The position numbers were made by a program, and so were the translations under genes. Positions 23,584 to 35,172 of a stretch of 64,000 nt of DNA are shown piece after piece. Source of the DNA: Alphaproteobacteria bacterium (GTDB taxonomy: Bacteria; Pseudomonadota; Alphaproteobacteria; JAPOUT01; G958296285); NCBI GenBank assembly GCA_965212115.1, contig CBDBUR010000002.1, positions 1,025,948 through 1,089,947 on the forward strand, written 5' to 3'. The first letter of the stretch is position 1, and each line of letters opens with the position of its first letter. The notes below the pieces were generated by a model. The model did no database searches. It worked only from the letters and a program-made list of their open reading frames with translations, and was not told the DNA's origin.

Positions 23584-24522
23584 TTAATTTCTCGGATGGG
23601 CTTTTTCGTAGATTGAGAGAATCTGCGTCGTGTCGATTTCGGTATAGATCTGCGTTGTCGAGAGGCTCGCATGGCCGAGCAGCTCTTGGATCGCGCGCAG
23701 ATCGCCGCCATGTCCGAGCAGATGGGTTGCAAAAGAATGGCGCAGCGCATGAGGCGTTGCGCGTTCGCTCAGCCCGAAACTTTGTCTCAGATTTTTCATC
23801 AAGAGCTGCACGCGCCGCGCGCCTAATCTTTTGCCGCTTTGCGCGCGAAACAATGCGCCGACTTCAATCTGGAAAGGGCATAATCTCAAATAGGTTTTGA
23901 TCGCATTGCGCAGCACGGGCAGCATGGGCACGAGGCGCTCTTTGCCACCTTTGCCGATGATCCGCAGCGCGGCGGTTGCGTCGGCGGGAATGTCTTCGAC
24001 ATTGAGCCGCAGCGCTTCGGAGATGCGCAAGCCCGCGCCATAGAGCATCAGCAAGACAGCGGCGTCGCGCGCGCCGATCCATTCGGCGCGGCGGACATGA
24101 TGAGAATGTTTGCGCGCTTCGTCGATGAGCGTGGCGGCGGCTTTTTCGCTCAGCGCGCGCGGAATGTTATGGCCGCGCTTGGGCGAAGAGATCGCCGACA
24201 AGGCCGCGTTCTTGATTTGACTATGCTGCCCGAGATAAAGATAAAAAGCGCGCAGACTCGACAATTCCCGCGCGCGGGTTGATCCGCCGACACCTTGATT
24301 GCGTCGCCACGCTAAGAAGGCACGGAAATCTGAGGGAGTCAGTGTGTCCAGCTCTTTGAGCGCGACCTCGTGGCCGAGATGGTCTTGGATGAAAGTGAGA
24401 AATAAGCGAACATCGCGCCCATAGGCTTTGATGGTCAAGGGGCTCAATCTTTTGATTCCGGCGCAATAAGTGAGCCATTCCTCGACCTGTTTCATTCTAT
24501 TTTTTGTCCGGTTTTTGCCCAA
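23584..24522 (-). CDS. Tyrosine site-specific recombinase of the XerC/XerD type
   Basis: 312 aa with the R...HxxR...Y catalytic signature ('[12 protein letters not shown]', '[15 protein letters not shown]'). I cannot separate XerC from XerD on sequence alone. Confidence 0.8.
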   Translation of the reverse strand: MGKNRTKNRMKQVEEWLTYCAGIKRLSPLTIKAYGRDVRLFLTFIQDHLGHEVALKELDTLTPSDFRAFLAWRRNQGVGGSTRARELSSLRAFYLYLGQHSQIKNAALSAISSPKRGHNIPRALSEKAAATLIDEARKHSHHVRRAEWIGARDAAVLLMLYGAGLRISEALRLNVEDIPADATAALRIIGKGGKERLVPMLPVLRNAIKTYLRLCPFQIEVGALFRAQSGKRLGARRVQLLMKNLRQSFGLSERATPHALRHSFATHLLGHGGDLRAIQELLGHASLSTTQIYTEIDTTQILSIYEKAHPRN

Positions 24523-25148
24523 TCGTCGAGGAAATCCTTGAGTCCCTTATCGGTCAGCGCGTGGGTGAGCGCGGCGCGCAATATCTTTGGCGGCGCGGTG
24601 ATACATTCTGCGCCCGCAAGCGCTGCATCACGAATATGATTGACGCTGCGAATCGACGCCGCCAAAATCTGGGTGTCGAATTCGGGGTAATTATCGTAGA
24701 TCTGTCGGATTTCATCAATGAGTTTCATGCCATCAAGACCAGCATCGTCGAGTCTGCCAATAAAGGGCGAGATATATGTCGCGCCCATGCGCGCCGCCGC
24801 GAGCGCCTGTGCTGATGAAAAACACAAAGTCACATTGACTTTGATATTGCGCTGGCGCAGGCGTCGGCAGGCGATGAGCCCGTCTTCGGTGAGCGGAACT
24901 TTGATGACAATATTGTCGGCGATCGGCGTGAGGATATCGGCCTGTGCGCACATGGCGCAGGCCTCAGTCGCGACGACTTCAGCCGAGACCGGCCCATTGA
25001 CTAAATGGCAAATATCGCCGAGCACGAGTTTGAGATCGCCGCCGTTCTTGGCGATTAAGGAAGGATTGGTCGTCACGCCATCGATCATGCCCGATTCGGC
25101 AAGCTCGGCGATTTCAGCGACATCGGCGCTATCGGCAAAGAATTTCAT
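24492..25148 (-). CDS. Transaldolase-family protein (short TalC/Fsa type)
   Basis: 218-aa class I aldolase of the transaldolase fold ('[10 protein letters not shown]'). The Schiff-base Lys region is conserved. Confidence 0.8.
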   Translation of the reverse strand: MKFFADSADVAEIAELAESGMIDGVTTNPSLIAKNGGDLKLVLGDICHLVNGPVSAEVVATEACAMCAQADILTPIADNIVIKVPLTEDGLIACRRLRQRNIKVNVTLCFSSAQALAAARMGATYISPFIGRLDDAGLDGMKLIDEIRQIYDNYPEFDTQILAASIRSVNHIRDAALAGAECITAPPKILRAALTHALTDKGLKDFLDDWAKTGQKIE

Positions 25149-25205
25149 CAGCGAATCATCTCCGGGCTATTTGGTTCACTATGCCTGTTTGTGTGAGGAT
25201 AGTCT

Positions 25206-27254
25206 ATGAGCGCGCGTCTATCGGTTTTGCTGCCTCTTGCGCTGGACGAGCCTTATGATTATCGCTCGCCTCAAGAGGAGGTCAAACAGGGGAATATCAA
25301 ACAAGGTCAATTTGTTAAAGTGCCGTTGCGCAATAAAGAAATGGTCGGCGTGGTTTGGGAGGACTCGAAGGCGCGACCGTCTGTTGGAGATGATAAATTG
25401 CGTCCAGTGATATCAGCGCTTGATCTGCCGCCGCTGCCCGGCGATCATTGCGCTTTTATCGACTGGGTTGCTGATTACACTTTGGCGCCCAAAGGCGCGG
25501 TGTTGAAATTGACGATGAACACCGCTGCGGTGTTTCGACCGGCGCGCGCGCGCAAGCAGAGTCAATCCTGCGCGAGCGCCCCGCCAGCGCGAGCAGAAAT
25601 CGAGTTTTCCGATGCGCAAATTCAGGCCTCGTCGCGCATTCGCGCCGCAATCGAGCAAAACAAGTTTAAGACTTTGCTGCTGGATGGCATGACGGGGTCG
25701 GGCAAGACCGAAATCTGTTTTGATGCGATCATGGCCGTTTTAGATCAAGATAAGCAGGCGCTGATGTTATTGCCCGAAATCGCCTTGACGTCTTATATGC
25801 TGCGCCGCTTTGAAAATTATGCCGGTATTGCGGCGGCGATCTGGCATTCGGGTTTGACTCCGGCGGCGCGGCGGCGTTTGTGGCTTGATATCGCTTATGG
25901 GCGCACACGACTCGTGATCGGCGCGCGCTCGGCATTGTTTTTGCCGTTTCCCAAGCTGCGCCTCATCATCGTCGATGAGGAGCACGATGAAGGCTTTAAG
26001 CAAGAAGATGGCGTGATCTATCACGCGCGCGACATGGCGATCGTGCGCGGTGCTTTGGCTGAGTTTCCTGTCATCTTGAGCTCGGCGACCCCCTGCCTTG
26101 AGACATTGGCCAACATTGAGCGCGGGCGCACAGAACATTTGATTTTGCCGCAGCGTGTTCGTCCTGATGCGCAGCCGCCGGAGATTAAACTTATCGATAT
26201 GCGTCAGGTGGCGCAAAAGTCGGGCAGATGGATCGCGCCTGAACTTGTCGAAGCGATCGGCAAAGCCTTGGAGCGCAAAGAGCAGGCTTTATTGTTTCTC
26301 AATCGTCGCGGTTATGCGCCTTTGGTTTTGTGCCGTAAATGCGGTCATCGCTTTGCCTGTCCAGATTGCGATGTTTGGCTTGCGCATCATCGCTCCTCGC
26401 CGCGAGAGGACGCGCGATCATGGGACGCGAAAATATGGGGTTCGAAGCTATTATGTCATCATTGCGGGTTTGAGCAGGCTCTGCCGCAGTCTTGTCCGAG
26501 CTGTGATGCGGCTGAGAGCTATGCGCCCTGCGGACCAGGCATAGAGCGCATTTTTGAAGAGGCGCAAGGTCTTTTTCCTGCGGCGCGACTTGCTTGTTTG
26601 TCGCGCGATCTGCCGCGTGATGTTGACGCGCGTCGCACTTTGATCGAGCGCATGACCGCGCGCGAGATTGATATTTTGATCGGCACACAGATGATCGCCA
26701 AAGGGCTGCATTTCCCTTATTTGACGGTGGCAGGGATGATCGACGCGGATTTAGGTCTCGCCAATGCCGATCTGCGCGCGAGCGAACATAGTTTTCAGCT
26801 TTTGCAGCAGGTGGCGGGCCGCACCGGGCGCGATCGATTCCCCGGCGAGGCCTTTTTGCAAACCCATATGCCGGATCATCCGGTGATGCACGCGCTTGTT
26901 GCCAATGATCGCGCCTGCTTTTTGCAAGCTGAAGCGCAAGAGCGACGTCGCGGCGGCTGGCCGCCTTATGGTCGACTCGCGGCGGTGATTTTCTCGAGCG
27001 CCGATCGGGGCAAGGGACACCTCCATGCGCGCGATTTTGCGAAGGCCGCGCCGCAACAAGAGGGCATCCAATGGTTCGGACCGGCACCTGCGCCTATATT
27101 TCGCCGCAAGAAGCTCTATCGGCTGAGGTTTCTTGTCAAAGCGCGGCGCGGGGTTTCGCTGCAAGCCTATATGCGGCGCTGGCTCGCCTCAGCGCCGATG
27201 CTGCCGCGCGACATCCGCCGCGCCATCGACATTGATCCGCACAGCTTCTTATAA
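25206..27254 (+). CDS. priA: Primosomal protein N' (replication restart helicase)
   Basis: 682 aa. It has Walker A 'GMTGSGKTE', a DEEH box and two Cys4 zinc clusters ('CRKCGHRFACPDC', 'CHHCGF...CPSC'). Confidence 0.9.
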   Translation: MSARLSVLLPLALDEPYDYRSPQEEVKQGNIKQGQFVKVPLRNKEMVGVVWEDSKARPSVGDDKLRPVISALDLPPLPGDHCAFIDWVADYTLAPKGAVLKLTMNTAAVFRPARARKQSQSCASAPPARAEIEFSDAQIQASSRIRAAIEQNKFKTLLLDGMTGSGKTEICFDAIMAVLDQDKQALMLLPEIALTSYMLRRFENYAGIAAAIWHSGLTPAARRRLWLDIAYGRTRLVIGARSALFLPFPKLRLIIVDEEHDEGFKQEDGVIYHARDMAIVRGALAEFPVILSSATPCLETLANIERGRTEHLILPQRVRPDAQPPEIKLIDMRQVAQKSGRWIAPELVEAIGKALERKEQALLFLNRRGYAPLVLCRKCGHRFACPDCDVWLAHHRSSPREDARSWDAKIWGSKLLCHHCGFEQALPQSCPSCDAAESYAPCGPGIERIFEEAQGLFPAARLACLSRDLPRDVDARRTLIERMTAREIDILIGTQMIAKGLHFPYLTVAGMIDADLGLANADLRASEHSFQLLQQVAGRTGRDRFPGEAFLQTHMPDHPVMHALVANDRACFLQAEAQERRRGGWPPYGRLAAVIFSSADRGKGHLHARDFAKAAPQQEGIQWFGPAPAPIFRRKKLYRLRFLVKARRGVSLQAYMRRWLASAPMLPRDIRRAIDIDPHSFL

Positions 27255-27336
27255 AACCCCGCGCCGACCCTTGCGAGCGCACGCCGCTCATGCTAGGCAT
27301 GGGGCGGTTAAAGGAGTCATCTCAAAAGAGGAAATC

Positions 27337-27921
27337 ATGGCGGTCGCCACACAAGACGAAAGGCAGGGCTCGCGGTTTGATGTCGCGGGGCGTTATGCCA
27401 GAGCGCTGTTTGAGCTCGCCGCGCAAGACGCGCAGCTTGCGCGCGTCGATCAAGACATCGCCGCTTTGCGCGCGATGATCGCGGCGTCCTCTGATCTGAT
27501 GTTTGCGCTGCGCGATCGCACTTTGGAAGCGTCTATGCGCAATCAGGCTTTGCATCAGGTGTTTGTCCGCGCTGAGCTCGGTGAGCTGACGCGCAATTTT
27601 ATTGGTCTTGTTTTGCACAATGGCCGCGGCGCGCAGCTGGCTGATATCGCCAGACATTTCACCGCTTTGATGGCAGAACATCAAAAAATTGCGCATATTG
27701 AAATCAAAACCGCACGCGAGTTGAGCGCAGCGCAGAGTCAAAGGCTTGAGTCTATTTGCCGCGCGCATTTTGGCAACAAGGCGCAAATCAAATTAACTCT
27801 TGAGCCTGATCTTATTGGCGGCCTCACATTGGAGATGGCCGGTGATATGTTTGACGCTTCACTTCGCGGCAAGCTCGATCAGCTTGAGAAAAACTTCAAA
27901 CAAACTTTTCACGCAAACTGA
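27337..27921 (+). CDS. atpH: ATP synthase F1 delta subunit (OSCP)
   Basis: The start is set at ATG 27337 ('MAVATQDE...'); the track ORF 27133..27921 would overlap the priA stop. The OSCP-family C-terminus 'LEPDLIGGLTLEMAGDMFDASLRGKL' is present. Confidence 0.85.
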   Translation: MAVATQDERQGSRFDVAGRYARALFELAAQDAQLARVDQDIAALRAMIAASSDLMFALRDRTLEASMRNQALHQVFVRAELGELTRNFIGLVLHNGRGAQLADIARHFTALMAEHQKIAHIEIKTARELSAAQSQRLESICRAHFGNKAQIKLTLEPDLIGGLTLEMAGDMFDASLRGKLDQLEKNFKQTFHAN

Positions 27922-27936
27922 TTGAAGGGGATCAAT

Positions 27937-29472
27937 ATGGATGTTCGCGCCGCAGAAATTTCCAGCCTTTTGAAAGAACAAATTCGCAATTTTGATGCCG
28001 CCGCCAAGCGCACTGAGACTGGCCAAGTGCTTTCAGTCGGTGATGGCATTGCGCGCGTCTATGGGCTGTCTGAAGTTCAGGCCGGTGAGATGGTCGCGTT
28101 TGAAAATGATGTGCGCGGCATGGCGCTCAACCTTGAGCATGACAATGTCGGCATTGTGATTTTCGGCTCCGATCAGCACATCCGCGAGGGCGATCAAGTG
28201 CGCCGCACCGGCGCGATCGTCGAGTCGCCGATCGGCAAAGGATTGCTTGGCCGCGTTGTTGATCCGCTCGGCCAGCCGATCGATGGCAAAGGCGCGATCA
28301 AGTTTGAAGCCACCAGTCAAGTGGATGTCAAAGCGCCCGGCATCATTCCGCGACGCTCGGTGCATGAGCCGATGCAGACCGGCATTAAGGCGATCGACGC
28401 ACTCATTCCGATCGGGCGCGGCCAGCGCGAGCTCATCATCGGCGACCGCCAGACCGGCAAAACCGCGATCGCCATCGATACGATCTTGAATCAAAAGCAA
28501 GCGCATCAATCGGGCGATGAGAAGCAAAAACTTTATTGCATTTATGTTGCGGTGGGCCAGAAGCGCTCTACAGTGGCGCAGATCGCGCGGCAACTGGAAG
28601 AGCGCGGCGCGCTCGATTATACGACGATCGTTGCCGCGACCGCCTCTGATCCCGCGCCTTTGCAATATCTCGCCCCTTTCACCGGCTGCACGATGGGCGA
28701 ATATTTCCGCGACAATGGCATGCACGCTTTGATTGTTTATGATGATCTGTCAAAACATGCTGTGGCCTATCGGCAGATGTCGCTTTTGCTGCGCCGCCCG
28801 CCCGGGCGCGAGGCCTATCCGGGCGATGTTTTTTATCTTCACTCGCGCCTGCTCGAGCGCGCGGCCAAGCTCAATGATGATCATGGCGGCGGCTCTTTGA
28901 CCGCTCTGCCAATCGTCGAGACCCAAGCCAATGATGTAGCGGCCTATATTCCAACCAATGTGATTTCAATCACTGACGGCCAGATTTTTCTCGAGACCGA
29001 TTTGTTTTATCAAGGCATTCGGCCTGCGTTGAATGTCGGAATTTCGGTGAGCCGCGTGGGTTCGTCGGCGCAGATCAAGGCGATGAAGCAGGTGGCCGGA
29101 CGCATCAAGGGAGAGCTTGCGCAATATCGCGAAATGGCGGCTTTTGCGCAGTTTGGCTCTGATCTCGATGCTGCGACGCAAAAGATGCTTCATCGCGGCG
29201 CGCGCTTGACCGAAACCCTCAAACAGGATCAATTTTCGCCGCTTTCGGTGGAGGAGCAAGTGATCGTCATTTTTGCTGGCACGAACGGTTTTCTCGATGA
29301 TTTGGCGGTCGAAGATATCGCCGCGTTTGAAGATAATTTGCTGCGTCATTTGCGGCAAAATCACGCCGACATCATCACGGCGATCGCTGAGGAGGGCAGC
29401 CTGTCGGATGCCACGCAAGATCGCCTGCGCGAGGCAATCGCCGGTTTTGCGAAAACTTCCACTTCGGCTTGA
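27937..29472 (+). CDS. atpA: ATP synthase F1 alpha subunit
   Basis: Start at '[16 protein letters not shown]'. P-loop 'GDRQTGKT' is present. Confidence 0.95.
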   Translation: MDVRAAEISSLLKEQIRNFDAAAKRTETGQVLSVGDGIARVYGLSEVQAGEMVAFENDVRGMALNLEHDNVGIVIFGSDQHIREGDQVRRTGAIVESPIGKGLLGRVVDPLGQPIDGKGAIKFEATSQVDVKAPGIIPRRSVHEPMQTGIKAIDALIPIGRGQRELIIGDRQTGKTAIAIDTILNQKQAHQSGDEKQKLYCIYVAVGQKRSTVAQIARQLEERGALDYTTIVAATASDPAPLQYLAPFTGCTMGEYFRDNGMHALIVYDDLSKHAVAYRQMSLLLRRPPGREAYPGDVFYLHSRLLERAAKLNDDHGGGSLTALPIVETQANDVAAYIPTNVISITDGQIFLETDLFYQGIRPALNVGISVSRVGSSAQIKAMKQVAGRIKGELAQYREMAAFAQFGSDLDAATQKMLHRGARLTETLKQDQFSPLSVEEQVIVIFAGTNGFLDDLAVEDIAAFEDNLLRHLRQNHADIITAIAEEGSLSDATQDRLREAIAGFAKTSTSA

Positions 29473-29475
29473 TCG

Positions 29476-30354
29476 ATGGCTAATCTTAAATCATTGCGTT
29501 CTCGGATTAACTCGGTGGGCTCGACGCGCAAGATCACGCGCGCGATGCAGATGGTTGCCGCAAGCAAATTGCGCCGCTCCCAAGAGACGATTTTTGCGGC
29601 AAGACCCTATGCGCAAAATATGCATCAAACGATTGCGGCTTTGGCGACGCAGACTCCCATGGGGCAATTATCGCCTCTTGCGCGCAGCTTTTTCGATGAG
29701 CAGGCGCAGCGCGCGCGGCATCTTTTGATTGTGATGACAACACAGCGCGGCCTGTGCGGCGGATTTAATGCGCAGATTTTGCGTCTCATGCGCGCACAGG
29801 CGCGGCGGATCAAGGGGCAAGGCCGCGAGCTTGCGATTTTGTGCGTCGGCAAGAAGGCGCGCGAGGGTTTGCGGCGCGAATGGGGCGATGAGATGATCGG
29901 CGCACTTGACGCCAATGTTCCGCCTTTGGACTTGGCGCGTGAGATTGCCGATATTGTTCTTGCGCGGTTCAAAAGCGGCGAGAGCGATAACTGCACGGTT
30001 TTTTATTCGCGTTTTATATCTGTTTTGGCGCAGGAGCCGACGGCGCAGCGTCTGATACCTGTGTCGCGCGAGGGGATTGCGGCGCATGACCGCCTCCATG
30101 CGGTCTATAGCTATGAGCCCGACGAGGCGCAGATGTTGGATAAGTTATTGCCCTCTCATCTTGTGGCGCAATTATTTCGCGGCCTGCTGGAAAATGAAGC
30201 CGGTGAACAGGGCGCGCGCATGACAGCGATGGATAATGCGACGCGCAATGCCGATGATATGATCGGCGCTTTGTCTCTGGTTTATAATCGCACGAGGCAG
30301 GCGGCGATCACGAAAGAATTGGTTGAAATCATTTCAGGAGCCGAAGCGCTTTGA
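29476..30354 (+). CDS. atpG: ATP synthase F1 gamma subunit
   Basis: 292 aa with 'KITRAMQMVAASKLRRSQ' at the N-terminus and the 'ITKELVEIISGAEAL' C-terminal helix. Confidence 0.95.
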   Translation: MANLKSLRSRINSVGSTRKITRAMQMVAASKLRRSQETIFAARPYAQNMHQTIAALATQTPMGQLSPLARSFFDEQAQRARHLLIVMTTQRGLCGGFNAQILRLMRAQARRIKGQGRELAILCVGKKAREGLRREWGDEMIGALDANVPPLDLAREIADIVLARFKSGESDNCTVFYSRFISVLAQEPTAQRLIPVSREGIAAHDRLHAVYSYEPDEAQMLDKLLPSHLVAQLFRGLLENEAGEQGARMTAMDNATRNADDMIGALSLVYNRTRQAAITKELVEIISGAEAL

Positions 30355-30372
30355 GGCGCGGTTTTCAAATAG

Positions 30373-31833
<1,461 letters not shown>

Positions 31834-31845
31834 AGGGAATTATCA

Positions 31846-32259
31846 ATGAGCTCGTTGATTTCTTATGCGCTGATCTGTCCTGAAGCTGAGCTTGCTTCGG
31901 GCGAGGCGGTGATGGTCACAGCGCCGGGCAGTGAAGGCGAGTTTGGCATTTATGCATCTCACGCGCCGTTTGCGACTTTGCTGCGCGCGGGATGTGTGAT
32001 CATTGAAGCAGCTGATGGCGGCAAGGATTATTTTTTTGTCAGCGCGGGTTTTTTGCGCGCCGACGGGGAATCAGTGACGATTTTGGCCGATGAGGCCAAG
32101 TCGGCGCGCGAGATCAACAAGCAAGATTTAGCGCAAGCTATTCAAGACGCGCAAGATGATATGCTTAACGCCGAGCCGGTCGAGCGCCGCACACGGGCCG
32201 GTGAGCGTTTGCTGCAATTGCAAGCCATGCAAAATGTTCTTGCGCGCGCGCAGGCCTAG
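31846..32259 (+). CDS. atpC: ATP synthase F1 epsilon subunit
   Basis: 137 aa. Beta-sandwich plus helical hairpin, positioned last in atpHAGDC. Confidence 0.9.
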   Translation: MSSLISYALICPEAELASGEAVMVTAPGSEGEFGIYASHAPFATLLRAGCVIIEAADGGKDYFFVSAGFLRADGESVTILADEAKSAREINKQDLAQAIQDAQDDMLNAEPVERRTRAGERLLQLQAMQNVLARAQA

Positions 32260-32753
32260 CTGGGCAAAAAAGGCGAAAACTCCTCCACCACCTGCTGGTA
32301 GATTTTCTGCTTGAACGGCACAACAAGAGAAGCGAGCTCATCGACGCGGCACCATGTCCACGCGACAAATTCCGGATATTCGTCGCCTGCGATATTGACT
32401 TCGTCATCATGGCCATCGAAGCGCATGGCAAACCATTTTTGTTTTTGGCCGCGAAAGCCTGACAAGACTTTCCCCAATAAATCTTCGGGCAGATCATATG
32501 TGAGCCAGTCGCGGCTCTCGCCGACATAGCTCACGCGAGTGATGCCGGTTTCTTCGCGCAATTCGCGCCGTGCGGCTTCAAGGGCGGTTTCGCCGTCATC
32601 GATGCCGCCTTGGGGCATCTGCCAGAGATAAGGCTGGCCATAGGGGCTTGGCGGCATCAAAGCGTGATCGCGCTTTCCGGTCCAGACGCTGCCCTCGTCG
32701 TTGAACAGAAAAATGCCGACGCCCTTTCGCCAGGGCAGATCGTCATGCCGCAT
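32256..32753 (-). CDS. rppH: RNA pyrophosphohydrolase (NUDIX)
   Basis: 165 aa with the Nudix box 'GGIDDGETALEAARRELREETGI'. Confidence 0.8.
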   Translation of the reverse strand: MRHDDLPWRKGVGIFLFNDEGSVWTGKRDHALMPPSPYGQPYLWQMPQGGIDDGETALEAARRELREETGITRVSYVGESRDWLTYDLPEDLLGKVLSGFRGQKQKWFAMRFDGHDDEVNIAGDEYPEFVAWTWCRVDELASLVVPFKQKIYQQVVEEFSPFLPS

Positions 32754-32761
32754 GGCCGGGA

Positions 32762-34102
32762 TTATTTGGCCGCCGCCGCCAACGCGTTATTGGCGACAAC
32801 CGCGCGCATCAGATCAAACGCATAATTGAGCTGCGTGTCTTTTTCAACCTCTTTGGGAATGTAAGACGCCGAGCCCGAACGTTTATTTTTATTGCCCGTA
32901 TCTAAATGGCCGCGCAGGTCGGTTTCTCCGGTGATGCCTAAGCGCTCTTTGTCTTTTGCGTCGAGCTTCTGGTTGATGACGATATCCGGCACGACGCCGT
33001 GCGCCTGAATGGATCGTCCCGAAGGGGTATAATATCGCGCGGTTGTCAGGCGCAGCGCGCCATTGCCTTGACCCAAAGGCCGCACGGTTTGCACCGATCC
33101 TTTGCCAAAGGACAAAGTGCCCACAGTGATTGCGCGGCGCTGATCTTGGAGCGCGCCCGCGACGATTTCCGAAGCGCTTGCCGAGCCGCCATTGATAAGC
33201 ACGATGATCGGCTTGTCATTGGTGAGGTCGCCGCCGCGCGCATTATAGCGATCGCCTGACTGGCCTTTTTTGTCGGCGCGGCCTCGGATCGATACGATTT
33301 CGCCGCGCCGCAAAAACAGATCGGCGACCGCTACCGCTTGATCGAGCAGCCCGCCCGGATTATTGCGCAGATCAAGAATATAGCCCTGCGGGCCGTTTTT
33401 TGTTTCGCGCTTCAATTTGCGAATCGCTTTGCTGAGGTTTTCAGTAGCGCGCTCATTAAAAGTTGTGAGTCGCAGATAGCCGATCTGTCCTTCGCTGCGC
33501 GATGTGACCGCCTTGATTTCTATAATGGCGCGTGTGATGACGAGCTCAAGAGGTTGTTTGCGTCCTTCGCGTCTGATCTTGATCTTGATTTTTGTTCTGG
33601 GCTTGCCGCGCATTCGGCTGACCGCATCGGACAATGTCATGCCCAAGACGGGTTCGCCGTCCAAATGGGTGATGAGGTCGCCCGCGAGCACACCGGCGCG
33701 GTCGGCGGGCGTGTCGGCGATTGGCGAGACGACCTTGATCAGGCCATTATCCATTGTTACTTCGATGCCCAGTCCGCCGAATTCGCCGCGGGTATTGATC
33801 TGCATACTTTTGTAGGTTTCAGCATCGAGCCAGGATGAATGAGGATCCAACGACGACAACATGCCGTTGATCGCAGCACGAATGAGTTCCTCGTCATTTT
33901 TGGGAGAGACATGTTCTTTGCGCACGGTTTCCAAGATTTGTCCGAACAAATCGAGTTGGCGATAGACGTCGCGCTGTTGAGCGCTGTCGGCGGCTTGAGC
34001 CGGTCCGAGCCAAGCGAGCAGCATAAACAGGCCAAGATAGGGTGTGATTTTACGGGCGGATATTTTCTGCAAACAGAGAAGTTGGGTCAATCGGTCGGCC
34101 AT
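32762..34102 (-). CDS. ctpA: Carboxy-terminal processing protease (S41)
   Basis: 446 aa with a long signal peptide, a PDZ domain and the S41 catalytic region ('NGGSASASEIVAGALQD'). Start choice is uncertain: the first ATG overlaps the envC-like stop by about 50 nt. Confidence 0.85.
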   Translation of the reverse strand: MADRLTQLLCLQKISARKITPYLGLFMLLAWLGPAQAADSAQQRDVYRQLDLFGQILETVRKEHVSPKNDEELIRAAINGMLSSLDPHSSWLDAETYKSMQINTRGEFGGLGIEVTMDNGLIKVVSPIADTPADRAGVLAGDLITHLDGEPVLGMTLSDAVSRMRGKPRTKIKIKIRREGRKQPLELVITRAIIEIKAVTSRSEGQIGYLRLTTFNERATENLSKAIRKLKRETKNGPQGYILDLRNNPGGLLDQAVAVADLFLRRGEIVSIRGRADKKGQSGDRYNARGGDLTNDKPIIVLINGGSASASEIVAGALQDQRRAITVGTLSFGKGSVQTVRPLGQGNGALRLTTARYYTPSGRSIQAHGVVPDIVINQKLDAKDKERLGITGETDLRGHLDTGNKNKRSGSASYIPKEVEKDTQLNYAFDLMRAVVANNALAAAAK

Positions 34103-35087
34103 GTTTACGCACCTCCAAGTAAAGTATAGGCAGGGTCGGGTTTATTTTTTTTGTGTGCGGCATGAGTCCGATGGGCTCACCAGCAGCGAGAGCCTCGCCA
34201 GCGTGCACATCAAGGCGTGCCATGCCGCGCAGGAATAGATGATAGCCGCCAGGGGCGGCAATAATCAAGACCTGGCCGTAGTGGCGGAAAGGACCGGCAA
34301 AGACGACCTGCCCGCTGATCGGCGTGATGATGCGCGCTTGAGAGATCATGGCAAAGCCGAGGCCGAGAGAATGCATGCCCAGCGCGTTTTTATGTCCGAA
34401 GCCAATCGCTAATTTTCCGACCCCGGGCTTGAGGAATTTGAGCGTTTTAGCTTTTTGTTTTGTTTGCGGCAGTTTCGTTTTTTCGATGATGGTTGAGATC
34501 AGCGCATTCGTGTTGCGCGCCTGAGATGATATAGCAGCTATTTTTTTTGCCTGTCGGATGAGCGCGCCGCTGTTTTTGGTGTTGAGGTTTTGTTTTTTGC
34601 GCGCGAACAGATTTTCAAGGGCGCGGTGGATTTGGATTCTGTGCTGGAGTCCTTGTTTGAGCGCGCGCTCGTTTTTTTGAACATCGGAGGCTAGTTTGGC
34701 GATCGCCTGATTGCGTTCGACGAGTCTGCCGAGCAGGTGGTCGATTTGTTTTTGCGCGCGCGCGAGCATGATCTCGCCGCGCACAAGCTCGATGCCGGAG
34801 ACGAGCGGCATATTTCGAGGCCGCCGCGCGAGGCGCATCAAAGATGTTGAAGCGGCTTTTTGAGTCTTGGTGTATGTTTGGCGATTTTTTTCCATTTCGG
34901 CGAGTTTTTCGCGCAGCTGTGCCAGACGCATTGTGGTGCGGGTGATCTCATATTCGATCGATTGGATTTCTGAAGCTTTGGCGATCAGCGCTTGATGGAT
35001 GGCCTTGATCGTTTCGTCGGCGCTCGCTGCCGCGGGCCGCAGAATGAGGGCGAGGCTAAAAATAAAAATAAGGCGCGGCATCATCAT
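34050..35087 (-). CDS. EnvC-like murein hydrolase activator (coiled-coil plus M23/LytM domain)
   Basis: 345 aa. Signal peptide, a long Gln/Ala/Lys-rich coiled-coil and a C-terminal M23-like domain ('GLGFAMISQARIITPISGQVVFAG'). Confidence 0.7.
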   Translation of the reverse strand: MMMPRLIFIFSLALILRPAAASADETIKAIHQALIAKASEIQSIEYEITRTTMRLAQLREKLAEMEKNRQTYTKTQKAASTSLMRLARRPRNMPLVSGIELVRGEIMLARAQKQIDHLLGRLVERNQAIAKLASDVQKNERALKQGLQHRIQIHRALENLFARKKQNLNTKNSGALIRQAKKIAAISSQARNTNALISTIIEKTKLPQTKQKAKTLKFLKPGVGKLAIGFGHKNALGMHSLGLGFAMISQARIITPISGQVVFAGPFRHYGQVLIIAAPGGYHLFLRGMARLDVHAGEALAAGEPIGLMPHTKKINPTLPILYLEVRKHGRPIDPTSLFAENIRP

Positions 35088-35172
35088 GGGTTAAACATAG
35101 ATTAAGCATATTAACGCATAAGGAAAGGTTAATGTTTTAATTGATTTTATATTTAATCGGCCATGATTTTGA

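Noticed and set aside
23584-24522. Tyrosine recombinase as a possible integrase marking a mobile element or island.
   Set aside because: It sits between lpdA and a transaldolase-family gene. No flanking tRNA, direct repeats, phage or IS genes are present. The sequence fits chromosomal XerC/XerD. Most likely the housekeeping dimer-resolution recombinase.
27133-27336. 5' extension of the atpH ORF (track start 27133) overlapping the end of priA.
   Set aside because: The extension is Arg/Cys-rich nonsense overlapping priA's C-terminus. The internal ATG at 27337 gives a canonical delta-subunit N-terminus of normal length.
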